DNA from: an uncultured delta proteobacterium
GTDB taxonomy: Bacteria; Myxococcota_A; Polyangia; Fen-1088
Direction of reading: 5' to 3'
Length of the DNA: 64,000 nt
Assembly (NCBI GenBank): GCA_963767925.1
Contig: CAVYGB010000001.1
Coordinates: forward strand, 160,001-224,000
The position numbers were made by a program, and so were the translations under genes. Under the pieces are notes generated by a model. The model was not told the origin of the DNA, ran no database searches, and saw nothing but the letters and a program-made list of their open reading frames with translations. Below, in pieces: positions 61,863-64,000 of the stretch (positions within the stretch are counted from its first letter, which is position 1; each line of letters begins with the position of its first letter).

Positions 61863-63581
61863 ATGCACCTCCGACGACACCCTACCCGAAACGGCGCCGC
61901 ACCCGCCGAAGCCCACCTCCCGTCCCCCGCGCTCCGGACGGCGCCGTGGTGCGCCCTCGCCCTGCTCGCGGTCAACCTCGCCTGCGGCGGCAGCGCCAGC
62001 AAGCCCCAGGACGGCGGCAGCGGCGGCTCGGGCGGAAGCGGGGGGACCGGTGGCAGCGGCGGCGCGGGCGGCAGCGGCGGCCGCACCCCCGACGCCGCCA
62101 CCCCGGACGGCCCGCCCACGGCCGGCGGCACCGTGCTGCGCACCTACGTCTACCACCAGCTCACCGACCTCAGCCCGGGCGTGATGACCCAGCAACGCTG
62201 GCACGCCGCCATCAGCGGCGACGGGCGGGGCATCGCCTTCGTCCAGAACACCTACAACCCCAGCAAGCTCTTTTACATCAACAGCGACGGCACCGGGCAG
62301 GTCGAGCTCGACTCCTATTCGCCGTACTGTGCCTGCAGCCCCCAGGTCTCCATCAGCGACGACGGCACGGGCATCGTCTGGGGCAGCCCCACCGAGCTGC
62401 GCTACGTCCGCTCCGACGGCAGCAACAAGAAGACGCTCCTCGAGGTGGCCGGCGAGATCTCCGACTTCCGCATCACCGGCGACGGCACCCGCGTCTTCTT
62501 CGTCGAGCGCCGCAACGACGGCGACCGCAACAGCGCCGCCCGCTTCAACCGGGGGATCTGGGTGATCAACGTCGACGGCACCGGCCTGACCCAGGTGGTG
62601 GGCACCGCCGCCCTGGCCGCGCTGTATGGCGTGACCGAGGACAACGTGTTCCCCTTCGCCGGCTGCGGCGTCTCACTCGGCGTGTCGCGCGACGGCGGCC
62701 GCCTGGTCTTCGTCGCCAACATCGTCGGCGCCGGACAGAAGGTGATCACGGCGACCGGCGCCGGCGGCGGCCTGCAGAAGATCGCCGACTCGGCCGGCGG
62801 CTACCTCACGATCGGCAAGGTCGCCATCAGCGCCGATGGCACCAGGATCCTCTACACCGTGACCCTCGCCGACGACTCCTACGACCTGGTCGTGGCGGGC
62901 TTCGACGGCGGCAACAAGCGCACCCTGGCCAACACCAACCAGATCAGCTTCTCGGGCGGCGGCGCCTGCGGCGATCCCGGCCTGCTCACCACCGACGGCA
63001 GCAAGGCTTACCTGGCCGACGCCGGCCTGCTGTTCGACACCGATGGCAGCGGCAAGAAGATCTCGCTGACCCTCCCGACCAACGTCACCGGCCCCACGCT
63101 GCTGACCGACCGCCAGTACGGCGGCTGGATGAACGGCGCCGGATCGCGCTTCTCCTACGTGACCCCGGCCGCGGGTGGCCTCTACCAGCTCGTGCTGCTC
63201 GAGCTCGATCCCGCCGGCCGCGGGCTGGCCCCCACCATCGACATGGCCAGGGTGACGCCACCGAAGCTGATGAAAGGCGGCGGCTCCGGCGGCTCCACCG
63301 TCAGCGCCCGGGTGATGGGCCAGGGTACTCTTCACGGCGTCTCGACCGTGTTCGCCCGCGAGGGCATGCGGGACAACGAGCTGAACGCGGCCCACTCCCT
63401 GGTCGACACCGGCATGCAGGGGGACAGCCAGGCCGGCGACGGCGTCTACTCCAGCAACCTCTTCAGCGCCTCCCAGGCCGCCGCCCCCGGCCCCCGCACC
63501 CTGCGCATCCACAGCGAGAGCACCAGCAACGGCCGCCGCCATGGCACCGTCGTCGAGCTCTCGGACATCGCGGTCGAGTAG
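61863..63581 (+). CDS. TolB-like beta-propeller lipoprotein with C-terminal choice-of-anchor-X-like domain
   Basis: Lipobox NLAC; repeated ISxDG..I.F blades; LVDTG..GD..AGDGVYS. Confidence 0.78.
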   Translation: MHLRRHPTRNGAAPAEAHLPSPALRTAPWCALALLAVNLACGGSASKPQDGGSGGSGGSGGTGGSGGAGGSGGRTPDAATPDGPPTAGGTVLRTYVYHQLTDLSPGVMTQQRWHAAISGDGRGIAFVQNTYNPSKLFYINSDGTGQVELDSYSPYCACSPQVSISDDGTGIVWGSPTELRYVRSDGSNKKTLLEVAGEISDFRITGDGTRVFFVERRNDGDRNSAARFNRGIWVINVDGTGLTQVVGTAALAALYGVTEDNVFPFAGCGVSLGVSRDGGRLVFVANIVGAGQKVITATGAGGGLQKIADSAGGYLTIGKVAISADGTRILYTVTLADDSYDLVVAGFDGGNKRTLANTNQISFSGGGACGDPGLLTTDGSKAYLADAGLLFDTDGSGKKISLTLPTNVTGPTLLTDRQYGGWMNGAGSRFSYVTPAAGGLYQLVLLELDPAGRGLAPTIDMARVTPPKLMKGGGSGGSTVSARVMGQGTLHGVSTVFAREGMRDNELNAAHSLVDTGMQGDSQAGDGVYSSNLFSASQAAAPGPRTLRIHSESTSNGRRHGTVVELSDIAVE

Positions 63582-63717
63582 CCACCGGCGACCGGGCCGG
63601 GCCGGTCGGGGCGGCGCTGGCCCCGGCCTCGCAGCCTCCGGGACGCCGGCAGGGCGCAGCGGCGGGGCCGTTCCAGAAAGGGTTGTTGCGGAGCGCGGTC
63701 GGTCCTACCTTCGTGGC

Positions 63718-64000
63718 ATGGCAGCCAAACGTGAGCTCATGAGTCCGAGGGGCGACAAGCGCTACGTCCGCCGGGACGCCCGGGGTCGGATCGTCGAGGT
63801 GGACGACGTGGGGCGCTCCCTGGCCCAGGACCGGCGCCGCAAGGCGGGCAAGACCGCCGGCAAGGGACAGGGGGACAAGGGCGACCGCGCCGCGACGCCG
63901 GCGCGCAAGGGCGCCCGGTCGGCGGCGGCCAAGAAGGGCGCGAGCGCCGCCAAGCGCGGCGCGGGCTCGACGAGCAGCGGCCGGGCCAAGCCCAAGGTCA
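63718..64000 (+). CDS. Small basic conserved hypothetical protein with Lys/Ala-rich tail; runs off the window end
   Basis: MAAKRELMSPRGDKRYVRRDARGRI.EVDDVGRSLAQDRRRKA...GQGDKGDR; not in the ORF track (no stop in the window). Confidence 0.75.
   Translation, partial: MAAKRELMSPRGDKRYVRRDARGRIVEVDDVGRSLAQDRRRKAGKTAGKGQGDKGDRAATPARKGARSAAAKKGASAAKRGAGSTSSGRAKPKV

Overview
Very GC-rich bacterial DNA. The gene content (Gly/Pro-linker lipoproteins, Cys-rich repeat and vWA proteins, a DUF1592/DUF1552 pair) points to a myxobacterium (Myxococcota); this is an inference. (1) 1-5.5 kb: a damaged class I DISARM-like defence locus on the minus strand. It holds a methyltransferase-family gene lacking its catalytic half, drmA with one frameshift, and the 5' end of drmB. 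(2) 5.5-7.7 kb: a lower-GC islet with a secreted 10-Cys peptide and two membrane-anchored unknowns. (3) 7.7-39 kb: mostly intact accessory genes (lactonases, GH18, phosphotransferase, cytochrome P460-like, CotH, Cu-monooxygenase, LysR/PNPOx, histidine kinase), interspersed with REP-like palindromes and tandem repeats. (4) 39-51 kb: a decayed integron. An intI pseudogene is followed by co-oriented cassette-like genes (HEPN and PD-(D/E)xK-like nucleases, SnoaL, TA modules). Its attC-like sites repeatedly carry GAC/GTC instead of the canonical AAC/GTT core. An intact group II intron lies within the array. (5) 51-64 kb: GH20 chitobiase, TA remnants, a putative amidase effector/immunity pair, DUF1592/DUF1552 and beta-propeller lipoproteins. 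All calls come from manual motif reading; no searches were run and some start codons are approximate.
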